Under the pieces are notes generated by a model. The model did not search any database. It saw only the letters and a list, made by a program, of their open reading frames with translations, and was not told the origin of the DNA. A program made the translations under genes and the position numbers. From Candidatus Multivorans sp. (GTDB taxonomy: Bacteria; Acidobacteriota; Thermoanaerobaculia; Multivoradales; Multivoraceae), in NCBI GenBank assembly GCA_965205095.1, contig OZ242040.1:2855362-2919361 (forward strand): 64,000 nucleotides of DNA. The letters run 5' to 3'. This document shows, one piece after another, positions 9,301-17,630 of the stretch (the first letter of the stretch is position 1; each line of letters starts with the position of its first letter).

Positions 9301-9561
9301 ATGGGCGCCGCCACGGACACGCTGGGCACGGCCGACGCACTTGAAGGCGCCGGTCTTGATGCCGACACCGCCAAGGCAACAGCGCGCGCGATCGAAACGG
9401 GCTGCGCCTCCGCCGTCGAGGGGCTGGTGACGCGAGACGGCCTCAGGGCCGAGTTGAAGTCGCTGGAGACACGATTGGTCCTGTGGGGCGCGGGCATCGT
9501 GCTCGGTGGCGCCGCCCTGGTGCTGAGCGGAGTCGGCGTGCTGTTGAGACTGGTCGCCTAG
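9301..9561 (+). CDS. small DUF1640-like coiled-coil / C-terminal membrane-anchor protein
   Basis: 86-aa ORF with ...RAELKSLETRLVLWGAGIVLGGAALVL..., a pattern like the DUF1640 family. Its 3' end overlaps the ampG stop by 4 nt in a convergent arrangement. Confidence 0.4.
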   Translation: MGAATDTLGTADALEGAGLDADTAKATARAIETGCASAVEGLVTRDGLRAELKSLETRLVLWGAGIVLGGAALVLSGVGVLLRLVA

Positions 9562-11147
9562 CGGCTGGCCGCCATTCCCGCCCCGTGCCGCGCGGCCTGC
9601 ACCGCGGCCGCGAACAGGCCGATCGCGACGCCGAAGGTGATCAGACCTACGAGTTGCAGCCAGCCGAACATGTCCGATGGCGTGGCGATCGAGAGCAGCG
9701 CGGATCCGAAGCCGAAGTCGGCGAACTCGCCGGCGCGCACGGCCTCCAGTGCGGCCAGACCCGTGAGCAGAAGGGCGCCTCCGGCGAGAGTTAGAGCGCC
9801 GTAGGTCACGCCGTGGGCAGCGAGTTGTGCCGGTGACCGCGGCGGCAGCGGCTCCTGGCGGCGAACCTCGAACTTCGGTTCGCGCTCGCTCGGCTTGACG
9901 AAGCGGCTGAGCATGTAGAGGCCGGGCAGGCCGAGCGGGATCGTGAAGAGAAAGAAGTTCGACCACCCGACCGAATGGACCATGAAGCCCGCGATGGGGC
10001 CGGAGACGATCCGTCCCATGCCGAAGAGAGTCGAGAACAGGGCGTACTGAGTAGCCGAGAAGCGCTTCTGCGTCATGCGCAGCAGCAGCACGGAGAAGGC
10101 GCCCGTCCCCAATCCCTGGCATAGCGATTCGAAGCCCATCGCGCCGTAGAGAAGGCCCGGCTGCATCGGCAGGTTGGCGAGCAGGATGTAGCCGACGTTC
10201 GAGAAGATCTGCAGGAACCCGAAGATCCACAGCGCCCTTCCGAGTCCGATCACGTTGGTCCCCAGACCACCGACGATCGAGCCGACGATCGTCGCCGTCG
10301 TGCCGACGGTAGCCAGGGCTACACCGCGGTGGAACTCGGTGTAGCCCATGTCGACCAGGAAGGGCCGTAGCAGGCCCTGGGCCAGGTTGTCGCCGAACTT
10401 GAACAGAATGACGAAGGCGAGAATCTCGACCGCCCTGTGGCGGGAAAGAAAGCCCAGAAACGGTTGCCAGACGGCGTCCCGGAGCGTCTTCGGGCCGGGA
10501 GGCAGGTTCTTCGGCTCGGGCGCCAGGATGGTGATCGCGAGCATTGGCAGGTAGAGCGCCGCCAGGCCGACGCAGACGAGCGGCCACGAGGTGCTGCCGG
10601 CGACCGTGATGGCGGTCCCGCCGGCAACGAGCATGGCCATCCGGTAGAGGCCGATGCGGGCGCCGACCGCCGCTCCCTGTTCCTCTTTGCGGAGCACGTC
10701 CACGGCGTAGGCGTCGACGGCAATGTCCTGGGATGCGGCCGCCATGGCGATGGCCAGGGTCAGAGCCAGAGCCAGCCAGGGAGTGTCCGGATGATCGCCG
10801 ACGCCTGCCAGAGAGAGCGTGCCAAGCAGCAGGCACACCTGGGCGACTGCTGCCCAGCCCCGGCGGCGACCGAGGAAGGGCAGGGGGAAGCGGTCCATGA
10901 GGGGCGCCCAGACGACGTTGAACGTCCATGGCGCTTGCGCCAGCGTGAAGAGGCCGACCAGCCGGATGTCGACGCCGGAATCGCGCATCCAGTCCGGTAT
11001 TGCGATCCAGACCAGCCCGAGCGGCATGCCGGACGAGAACGAGAGGAGAACGACGGACAGCGTCCGCCAGGAGCGGACGGCCTGTACGAGGCTCTGCAGC
11101 GTTCCGAGCCGCTCCGGCGCCTGCTCCTCCTCGGCCATTGGACTCAT
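9558..11147 (-). CDS. ampG: AmpG-family muropeptide MFS permease
   Basis: 529-aa polytopic protein with AmpG signatures (LGFSSGLPL-like, RRRGW) and MFS topology. Confidence 0.8.
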   Translation of the reverse strand: MSPMAEEEQAPERLGTLQSLVQAVRSWRTLSVVLLSFSSGMPLGLVWIAIPDWMRDSGVDIRLVGLFTLAQAPWTFNVVWAPLMDRFPLPFLGRRRGWAAVAQVCLLLGTLSLAGVGDHPDTPWLALALTLAIAMAAASQDIAVDAYAVDVLRKEEQGAAVGARIGLYRMAMLVAGGTAITVAGSTSWPLVCVGLAALYLPMLAITILAPEPKNLPPGPKTLRDAVWQPFLGFLSRHRAVEILAFVILFKFGDNLAQGLLRPFLVDMGYTEFHRGVALATVGTTATIVGSIVGGLGTNVIGLGRALWIFGFLQIFSNVGYILLANLPMQPGLLYGAMGFESLCQGLGTGAFSVLLLRMTQKRFSATQYALFSTLFGMGRIVSGPIAGFMVHSVGWSNFFLFTIPLGLPGLYMLSRFVKPSEREPKFEVRRQEPLPPRSPAQLAAHGVTYGALTLAGGALLLTGLAALEAVRAGEFADFGFGSALLSIATPSDMFGWLQLVGLITFGVAIGLFAAAVQAARHGAGMAASR

Positions 11148-11254
11148 CCTATGCGTAACCGTCTATGAGTCGGAGGAGACCCGGTGACCTGGAACCCAGG
11201 TCGTGCAGAATCCGTAGTTGAACGTGAGCAGTCTCTCTTGAGGAGGAACCGACC

Positions 11255-11464
11255 GTGACCGCGACAGCCACCCAGTCCCGCCCCCTTCATCGCTCCGGGT
11301 CCGACCGCCTGATCGGCGGCGTCTGCGGAGGCATCGCCGCCTGGCTGGGCTGGAACCCGACGGGCGTCCGCCTTCTCTACGTCCTGGTCTCGATCCTCTC
11401 GGTCGCGTTTCCCGGGATCATCGTCTACATCCTGCTCTGGATCGTGATGCCGCTCGGCGACTGA
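11255..11464 (+). CDS. PspC-domain protein
   Basis: 69 aa: SDRLIGGVCGGIAAWLGWNPTGVRLLYVL... is the PspC domain. A GTG start at 11255 follows an AGGAGGA RBS at 11241-11247. Confidence 0.6.
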   Translation: MTATATQSRPLHRSGSDRLIGGVCGGIAAWLGWNPTGVRLLYVLVSILSVAFPGIIVYILLWIVMPLGD

Positions 11465-11492
11465 GCCGCCAGCTACCGGCTGCGCCGCGGTC

Positions 11493-11550
11493 CACTGGGT
11501 GCGCCGGCGCCCCCGCCGGCTCTCTGAGGAACACGCGCCGCGAAGCGGCG
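11493..11550. repeat. REP-like repeat copy C (inverted orientation) between pspC and glcD
   Basis: cactgggtgcgccggcgcccccgccggc ... cgccgcgaagcggcg. Confidence 0.7.
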
Positions 11551-11590
11551 GCAGCACTCCGGCTCCGCTGGGTTGGTAGGCTGACTGCCC

Positions 11591-13048
11591 ATGGCCCCGG
11601 CCGACGCAGCCGACTTTCTCGACGCACTGAAACGGCGCCTCGGCGCCGAGCGCGTCCTCACCGGCGCGGCCCCCATGGCGGCCTACGAGTCGGACGCGCT
11701 GACCGCCTTCCGGGCCCGGCCCCGCGCCGTGGTGCTGGTCGACTCGGCGGAGGAAGTCGTCGACGTCGTGCGCCTTTGCGCAGCGGCCGAAGTGCCGTTC
11801 CTTGCCCGTGGCAGCGGCACGAGCCTGTCCGGCGGTTCGCTGCCGGTCCACGACGGCGTCGTGATCGCGATGAACCGGCTGAACCGGATCCTCGAAGTCG
11901 ACCCGGTGCGGCGGACGGCGGTCGTCGAGCCCGGCGTCGTCAACCTCGCCGTGTCCGACGCAGCGGAGCCCTACGGCCTCTACTACTCGCCCGACCCGTC
12001 GAGCCAGTCCGTCTGCACGATCGGCGGCAACCTGGCCTTCAACTCCGGCGGCGCGCACTGCCTGAAGTACGGCATGACGAGCAACCACGTGCTAGGTCTC
12101 GAAGTCGTACTCCCGGACGGCGAGGTGATCGAGCTCGGCGGAGACAGCCTGGAAGGCGTTGGCCCCGACCTCGTCGGGCTGTTCGTCGGCTCGGAGGGCC
12201 TGTTCGGCATCGCGACGAAGATCACCCTGCGCCTGCTGCCGAAGCCCGAGACGTACTTCACCCTGCTGGCGGCCTACGATTCGCTGGCGGCCGCGGGCGA
12301 GGCGGTGGCTGCCGTCGTTGCTTCGGGCCTGCTGCCCGGGGCGATGGAGATCATGGACAACCTGGCGATCGAGGCGGCCGAGGCGGCGGTCGGCGCCGGC
12401 TATCCGCTGGATGCCGAGGGGCTGCTGATCGTCGAACTGGAGGGCGAGAAGCAGCAGGTGGCCGCCGAGAGCGAGCTGCTGCTGGAAGTCGTCAGGCAAT
12501 CGAAGCCCTATCTCGAGCACATAGCGAGCGACCCGGATGACCGCATGCGGATCTGGAAGGGCCGCAAGAGCGCCTTCTCCGCGGTCGGGAGGCTGAGCCC
12601 GGACTACATCGTCCAGGACGGAGTGGTGCCGCGGTCCCGGCTTGGCGAGGCGCTGACCGAGATCCAGCGATTGGGCGCCAAGCACGGGATCCGCGTGGCG
12701 AACGTCTTCCATGCCGGCGACGGCAACCTGCACCCGCTGATCCTCTTCGACGGCCGGGTCGAGGGCGAACTGGAGCGGGCGGAGGAATTGGCGGGCGAGA
12801 TCCTTCGTCTCTGCATCGACCTCGGCGGCTCGATCACCGGCGAGCACGGCGTGGGGATGGAGAAGCGGCAGTACCTGGGCGAGATGTTCGACGACGCCGA
12901 CCTGGACGCGATGCGCCGGATCCGCATGGCGATCGATCCCGGCGAACTGGCGAACCGGGGCAAGATGTTCCCGGACGCCGAGGCGCCGGCGCTGCTGAGC
13001 CACGGTCCGCACCCCTTGGAAGTGGCCGGAGTCATCTCGCGCGAATGA
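11591..13048 (+). CDS. glcD: glycolate oxidase subunit GlcD (FAD-linked oxidase)
   Basis: 485 aa with FAD_binding_4 and C-terminal FAD-oxidase_C blocks ([19 protein letters not shown]). Confidence 0.85.
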   Translation: MAPADAADFLDALKRRLGAERVLTGAAPMAAYESDALTAFRARPRAVVLVDSAEEVVDVVRLCAAAEVPFLARGSGTSLSGGSLPVHDGVVIAMNRLNRILEVDPVRRTAVVEPGVVNLAVSDAAEPYGLYYSPDPSSQSVCTIGGNLAFNSGGAHCLKYGMTSNHVLGLEVVLPDGEVIELGGDSLEGVGPDLVGLFVGSEGLFGIATKITLRLLPKPETYFTLLAAYDSLAAAGEAVAAVVASGLLPGAMEIMDNLAIEAAEAAVGAGYPLDAEGLLIVELEGEKQQVAAESELLLEVVRQSKPYLEHIASDPDDRMRIWKGRKSAFSAVGRLSPDYIVQDGVVPRSRLGEALTEIQRLGAKHGIRVANVFHAGDGNLHPLILFDGRVEGELERAEELAGEILRLCIDLGGSITGEHGVGMEKRQYLGEMFDDADLDAMRRIRMAIDPGELANRGKMFPDAEAPALLSHGPHPLEVAGVISRE

Positions 13049-13088
13049 GGCGCGGCGGCGCGGTCAACAACGGAGGGGCGGAAGACTC

Positions 13089-14210
13089 GTGACCGGCATC
13101 GTCCATCAGCCGGGTTCGGCGGCCGAGGTTGCCGAGGCCGTACGCGGTGCGGAGTTGGTCGTTCCGCGGTGCGGCGGAACGAAGCCTGCGCTGTCGGCGG
13201 TGGACGGCGCCGAAGTGCTCGACCTGTCGGCTCTCACCGGCATCACCGAGTACCTGCCGAGCGAGTACACGGTGACGGCCCTGGCCGGCACGCCGCTCGC
13301 CGATGTCGAGGCGCGGCTCGCTGCCGAGGGCCAGTACTTGCCGTTCGATCCGTTGCTGGTCGACGCCGGCAGCACGATCGGCGGCGCCGTGGCTGCGGGG
13401 GCCAACGGCCCCGGCCGGCTGCGCTACGGCGGGCTGCGTGACTTCCTGCTCGCGGTGACCTTCGTCGACGGCCGGGGCGAGATCGTCCGCGGCGGCGCCA
13501 AGGTGGTCAAGAACGCCGCCGGCTTCGATCTTCCCAAGCTCATGGTCGGCAGCCTGGGTCGCCTGGGCGTTCTCACGGAGTGCACGTTCAAGGTCTTTCC
13601 GCACCCGGAGAGTTGCGCCACCGTGCGCGTCGCCGGCAAGACGCTGGACGAGGCCCTCGAGGCCGCCGCCCGCGTTGGGTCCGGCGCGGTCGAGCTGGAG
13701 TGTCTGGACCTGGTGCACGGTCTGGCCGGCTGGGACCTGGAGATTCGCATCGGCGGCCGCAGCTTCGCCCTGGACGCTCGGTTGAAGCGGGTCGCCGATC
13801 TTCTCGACACGGACGTCACCACTCTCTCGGGAGATGGCGACGCCACGCACTGGCGCAGCCGCCGCGAGTTCGGCTGGGCTCCGCCGGACGCCTCCGTCCT
13901 CAAGCTCCCCCTGACGCCGGCCACGGCGGCCGTCCTGGAACAGGTCCTGGCCGACCTCGACGCTTCCCACGTAGCCAGGGTCTACAGCGCCGGCATCCAG
14001 CAGGCTTTCGTCGCCTGGCCCGCTGAACGCGCAGCCGACCTGCCATCCCTCGACCGCGCCTTGACTGCGGCGAAACTGACAGCGCTCGCGCTGCGCGCAC
14101 CGGTCGCCGCAGCAAGCCAGCCGATCCTCGGTTACCGCACCGGCGGCGAGCTGCTACGCCGCGTCGAGCAAGCCCTCGACCCGGCCGGCCGCTTCGGCCG
14201 CCTGGGCTGA
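13089..14210 (+). CDS. glcE: glycolate oxidase FAD-binding subunit GlcE
   Basis: 373 aa with an FAD-binding PCMH-type domain, directly downstream of glcD. GTG start. No glcF follows. Confidence 0.7.
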   Translation: MTGIVHQPGSAAEVAEAVRGAELVVPRCGGTKPALSAVDGAEVLDLSALTGITEYLPSEYTVTALAGTPLADVEARLAAEGQYLPFDPLLVDAGSTIGGAVAAGANGPGRLRYGGLRDFLLAVTFVDGRGEIVRGGAKVVKNAAGFDLPKLMVGSLGRLGVLTECTFKVFPHPESCATVRVAGKTLDEALEAAARVGSGAVELECLDLVHGLAGWDLEIRIGGRSFALDARLKRVADLLDTDVTTLSGDGDATHWRSRREFGWAPPDASVLKLPLTPATAAVLEQVLADLDASHVARVYSAGIQQAFVAWPAERAADLPSLDRALTAAKLTALALRAPVAAASQPILGYRTGGELLRRVEQALDPAGRFGRLG

Positions 14211-14249
14211 ACCTTTCAATCTGCCGGCTCCCAACCTTTCAATCTGCCG
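14210..14249. repeat. tandem 17-bp direct repeat AACCTTTCAATCTGCCG x2 with 23-bp period
   Basis: Exact copies at 14210-14226 and 14233-14249, immediately after the glcE stop. Confidence 0.8.
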
Positions 14250-14311
14250 ACGGCCGGCCTGGGACGCCACGGACGCCCGGGTAGAATCGACAGCGCCAGG
14301 GATCGCTTGCG

Positions 14312-14326
14312 ACCTAGACGCTAGGT
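14312..14326. promoter_or_regulatory. perfect inverted repeat ACCTAG-acg-CTAGGT abutting the MNT start codon (putative operator)
   Basis: The palindrome at 14312-14326 ends 1 nt before the ATG at 14327. Confidence 0.4.
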
Positions 14327-14671
14327 ATGCGGACCATGCTCACCCTCGACTCGAGAGAACAGACTTGGCTTGACGGGTACAGGCGGGCCCTGAAGCGCGA
14401 ACACGCCGACGCCGTGCTGCGCCTGGTCGTGTACGGCTCCAAGGCGCGCGGCGACTCGCATGACGAGAGCGACCTCGATCTCCTCCTCATCGTCGATGAC
14501 TCCGCCTCCGACATGAAGAAGGCTCTCCGCCGCATCGGCCACGAATTGGCTGCCCCCCTGATTGTTCTGCCGTCCATCATGGCCTACACCGAAGGAGAGT
14601 GGAACCAGCTCGAGCGCTACCGTTCGGCCTACCATGCCGCCGCTGAGCGCGAAGGCGTCGCGGTACTTTGA
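14327..14671 (+). CDS. minimal nucleotidyltransferase (MNT / Pol-beta superfamily, MntA-like)
   Basis: 114 aa with GSKARGDSHDESDLDLLLIV, the GS-x9-DxD nucleotidyltransferase motif. Confidence 0.6.
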   Translation: MRTMLTLDSREQTWLDGYRRALKREHADAVLRLVVYGSKARGDSHDESDLDLLLIVDDSASDMKKALRRIGHELAAPLIVLPSIMAYTEGEWNQLERYRSAYHAAAEREGVAVL

Positions 14672-14774
14672 ACAGGACAAGGGGCTGCCTCGGCCAGCTG
14701 CTGTGACGGGCGCGTAGCGTCAAGGGAAGTTGACGTTTGAACGTCGCCGGTAAGCTGGCTGCTAGTGTTCCCGC

Positions 14775-14918
14775 ATGAGTCGGGCGCTTGGTAACGATCC
14801 GGCTGCGGCCGCGGACTTGGAGCGTCTGCCGACGCGAGCGGATCTCTGGAAGGTGGGGGTCGGCGTCGTAGCGGCCAACGTAGCGCTCACGGCCGTGATG
14901 ATCCGGCTGTGGGTCTGA
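14775..14918 (+). CDS. small ORF (47 aa) with hydrophobic C-terminal segment
   Basis: ATG at 14775 is the first start after an in-frame stop. The product ends ...VGVGVVAANVALTAVMIRLWV. Its TGA stop is followed by 3 nt and then the GTG of the next ORF. Confidence 0.2.
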   Translation: MSRALGNDPAAAADLERLPTRADLWKVGVGVVAANVALTAVMIRLWV

Positions 14919-14921
14919 TCG

Positions 14922-15251
14922 GTGGTCGTCGGCGCTTCTTTGGAACGGACACTGAAGATGGATGTCAAAGAGGCGGTAAGAAGGGCCAAGCGGTACCTCG
15001 GGGAGATCTTCTCCGGTGAGAAGATCACCCACGTGGGCCTCGAAGAGGTCGTCTTCGACGACGCGGCGAACTGCTGGAAGATCACCTTGGGGTTCTTTCG
15101 CCCATGGGATCTGGATATGGAGCAGACTCTTGTGAATCCTCTGGCCCGGATCGACAGTCACTCGCGGAGGACGTACAAGATCGTCCAGATCGACGACGAC
15201 AGCGGCAAAGCCGTGTCAATCACGAACCGCCGCCCGTCTACCGCTGCTTGA
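14922..15251 (+). CDS. hypothetical PepSY-like alpha+beta protein (putative partner of downstream PIN)
   Basis: The track ORF starts at a GTG at 14922. An alternative ATG lies at 14958. The helix + beta-strand pattern (EKITHVGLEEVVFDDAANCWKITLGF ... RRTYKIVQIDDDSGKAVSITN) resembles the PepSY fold. There is no signal peptide. Confidence 0.4.
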   Translation: MVVGASLERTLKMDVKEAVRRAKRYLGEIFSGEKITHVGLEEVVFDDAANCWKITLGFFRPWDLDMEQTLVNPLARIDSHSRRTYKIVQIDDDSGKAVSITNRRPSTAA

Positions 15252-15254
15252 GTC

Positions 15255-15716
15255 GTGCCGGCAGCAGCGTTCTTCGTCGACGCCAACCTCCTCGTGCTCT
15301 TCGTGGCCGGCATCGTCGATGAGACGCTGATCGGGAAACATCGCCGACTGCGCGAGTTCTCCGTGGCCGACTACGAGAGGCTGCGTGATCTGATCGCGCG
15401 CGTGGAGCGAGTTCTGGTGACGCCGAACACACTCACCGAAGCGTCCAATCTGCTCGGACAGCACCGCGAACCGGAACGCTCGCGCCTCCTGGACGGACTT
15501 CAGTACGTCATCGAGGGGAGCCGGGAGATCGTCGTTGCGAGCGCTGAAGCGGCACAGAGCCCCGTCTTTCGGCGCTTGGGATTAACCGACGCGGCGTTGT
15601 TCGAAGGGGCGACGGCCGAGCGGCCGCTACTGACCGTTGACCTCGACCTGTACCTGGCGGTTTGCTCAAGAGATGCGGCAGCGGTCGAGAACTTCAACTA
15701 CTCCCGCGATCTGTGA
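15255..15716 (+). CDS. PIN-domain nuclease (VapC-like)
   Basis: 153 aa with FFVDANLLV (Asp9), TEASNLL, LTDAAL and TVDLDLY acidic motifs. The GTG start lies 3 nt after the upstream stop. Confidence 0.6.
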   Translation: MPAAAFFVDANLLVLFVAGIVDETLIGKHRRLREFSVADYERLRDLIARVERVLVTPNTLTEASNLLGQHREPERSRLLDGLQYVIEGSREIVVASAEAAQSPVFRRLGLTDAALFEGATAERPLLTVDLDLYLAVCSRDAAAVENFNYSRDL

Positions 15717-15823
15717 TCCAGAGGCTGAACCGTCTCGTCAAGCGCCCGAAGCTCCATCTCGCGGATAGCGGCGTTGGCGTGACTCGGGCTTCGGCCTGCT
15801 GTTTCGCGGCTTGGGGGTGATCT

Positions 15824-16000
15824 CTACGTCTTGGGCGAGGCTGTCGCAAGCAGCAGCGCCTCCCAGCCTTTGGCCAGGTCTTCCTGGATCAAGGCGTTGC
15901 GCTCGCTCGACAGCTTCACCAGGGAGATCGTCTGTTTCCCGAGCGCGAGGAACTGGGCCATGTTGAGCGCCGTCGGGTTCCAGCCATAGGGCCCAGGAAG
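15824..16000 (-). other. short orphan frame (57 codons: LPGPYGWNPTALNMAQFLALGKQTISLVKLSSERNALIQEDLAKGWEALLLATASPKT*), possibly a gene remnant
   Basis: Manual translation. It is bounded upstream by an in-frame TAG. It has no obvious family. Confidence 0.15.
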
Positions 16001-16070
16001 CTAGAGGCGAGCGTTCACTGGGACCCCGCCCGGCTCCTCGGCGAGCGGGTCCAGGTACGGCACCGCCGCC

Positions 16071-17507
16071 TCAGCTCGCCTTCGGCAGAGCCCCCATCAC
16101 GGCCTTGACCTCCAGGAACTCCTCGAAGCCGAAGTCGCCCCATTCGCGGCCGTTGCCGGACTGCTTGTAGCCGCCGAAGGGGGCGCCGAAGTCGGCGGGG
16201 GCGCCGTTGATGTGGACGTTGCCGGCGCGAATGCGCGAAGCGACGCTGCGGGCGTGGTCGAGGTCGCCGGACTGGACGTAGCTCGACAGGCCGTACGGCG
16301 TGTCGTTGGCGATCCGGATCGCTTCCTCCTCGGTCTGGTAGGGGAGGATGGAGAGCACCGGGCCGAAGATCTCCTCCTGGGCGATCGTCATGTCGTTGCT
16401 CACGCCGCCGAAGACGGTGGGGCGGACGTAGTAGCCGCTGTCCATGCCTTCGGGGCGGTCCGTGCCGCCGGTGACGAGTTCGGCGCCCTCTTCGACGCCC
16501 TTGGCGATCAGGGCCTGGATCTTGTCGTACTGGACCTTGCTGACGACCGGGCCGATGGCTACGCCTTCCTGTCCCGGCGGGCCGACGGCGGTCGCTTCGG
16601 CGGCCGCCTTGGCGACCTCGAGCGCACGGGCGTGCGAGGCCGCCGGCACGAGCATCCGCGTGGGCGCGTTGCAGGACTGGCCGCTGTTCAGGAAGCACTG
16701 GCGGGTGCCGGCCTTGACCGCCTTGTCGATGTCCGCGTCCTCGAGGACGATGTTCGGCGACTTGCCGCCGAGTTCCTGGGCGACGCGCTTGATCGAGTCG
16801 GCGGCGGCCTTGGCGACGGCGCGGCCGGCCCGCGTCGAGCCGGTGAAGGACATCATGTCGATGCCCGGGTGACCCGACAGCGCGGCGCCGACCTCGGGGC
16901 CTTCGCCGTTGATCAGGTTGAAGACGCCCGGCGGAACGCCCGCGTCGTGGAGGATCTCGGCGAGCAGGATCGCGTTGAGCGGCGCCACCTCGCTCGGCTT
17001 GAGCACCATCGTGCAGCCCGCGGCGAGCGCCGGCGCGACCTTGCAGGCGATCTGGTTGATCGGCCAGTTCCACGGCGTGATCAGACCGCAGACGCCGACC
17101 GGTTCCTTGACGATGTTCGTCGTGCCGCGGGTCTCGACGAAGTCGTAGTCCTTCAGCACGTTCAGGGCGCCGGCGAAGTGGCCGAGGCCTGAGGGCGCCT
17201 GGGCGGCCTTGGCGAGCCAGGCCGGGGCGCCCATCTCCATCGAGATCGTCTCCGCCATCTCGCCGATCCGGGCCTGGTAACCGGCGACGATCCGGCCCAG
17301 GAGCTCGACCCGCTCTTCCTGACTGGTCCGGGAGAAGGACTCGAAGGCGGCCTGTGCCGCCGCGACGGCCTTGTCGACGTCCGCCGCGCTGCCGAGGCTG
17401 ATCCGGCCGATCGCCTCTTCCGTCGACGGATCGATCACGTCCATCGTCTTTGGGGTCGCCGGGTCGACCCACTCACCGTTGATGTAGAACTGCAGCGCTT
17501 CCTTCAT
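16071..17507 (-). CDS. NAD(P)-dependent aldehyde dehydrogenase
   Basis: ATG at 17505-17507 (MKEALQFYINGEWV...). ALDH signatures include ELGGKSP and a catalytic Cys region. The N-terminal 35 aa of the track ORF were rejected. Confidence 0.85.
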   Translation of the reverse strand: MKEALQFYINGEWVDPATPKTMDVIDPSTEEAIGRISLGSAADVDKAVAAAQAAFESFSRTSQEERVELLGRIVAGYQARIGEMAETISMEMGAPAWLAKAAQAPSGLGHFAGALNVLKDYDFVETRGTTNIVKEPVGVCGLITPWNWPINQIACKVAPALAAGCTMVLKPSEVAPLNAILLAEILHDAGVPPGVFNLINGEGPEVGAALSGHPGIDMMSFTGSTRAGRAVAKAAADSIKRVAQELGGKSPNIVLEDADIDKAVKAGTRQCFLNSGQSCNAPTRMLVPAASHARALEVAKAAAEATAVGPPGQEGVAIGPVVSKVQYDKIQALIAKGVEEGAELVTGGTDRPEGMDSGYYVRPTVFGGVSNDMTIAQEEIFGPVLSILPYQTEEEAIRIANDTPYGLSSYVQSGDLDHARSVASRIRAGNVHINGAPADFGAPFGGYKQSGNGREWGDFGFEEFLEVKAVMGALPKAS

Positions 17508-17630
17508 GGGACTGTCTCCGAGGGGTGTTGTTTGCCGGGACGGGTGAGTGTAGCGGTATGCACGATGGTGCTTACCTCGAACTCTCCTTGAGAAGTCGTA
17601 CTCGCGGCACATCTTGCCGGGTTCAACGTA

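Noticed and set aside
14958-15251. The 98-109-aa protein upstream of PIN as a HEPN partner for the orphan MNT
   Set aside because: The predicted alpha+beta strand pattern and the lack of an Rx4-6H motif in a helical context argue against HEPN.
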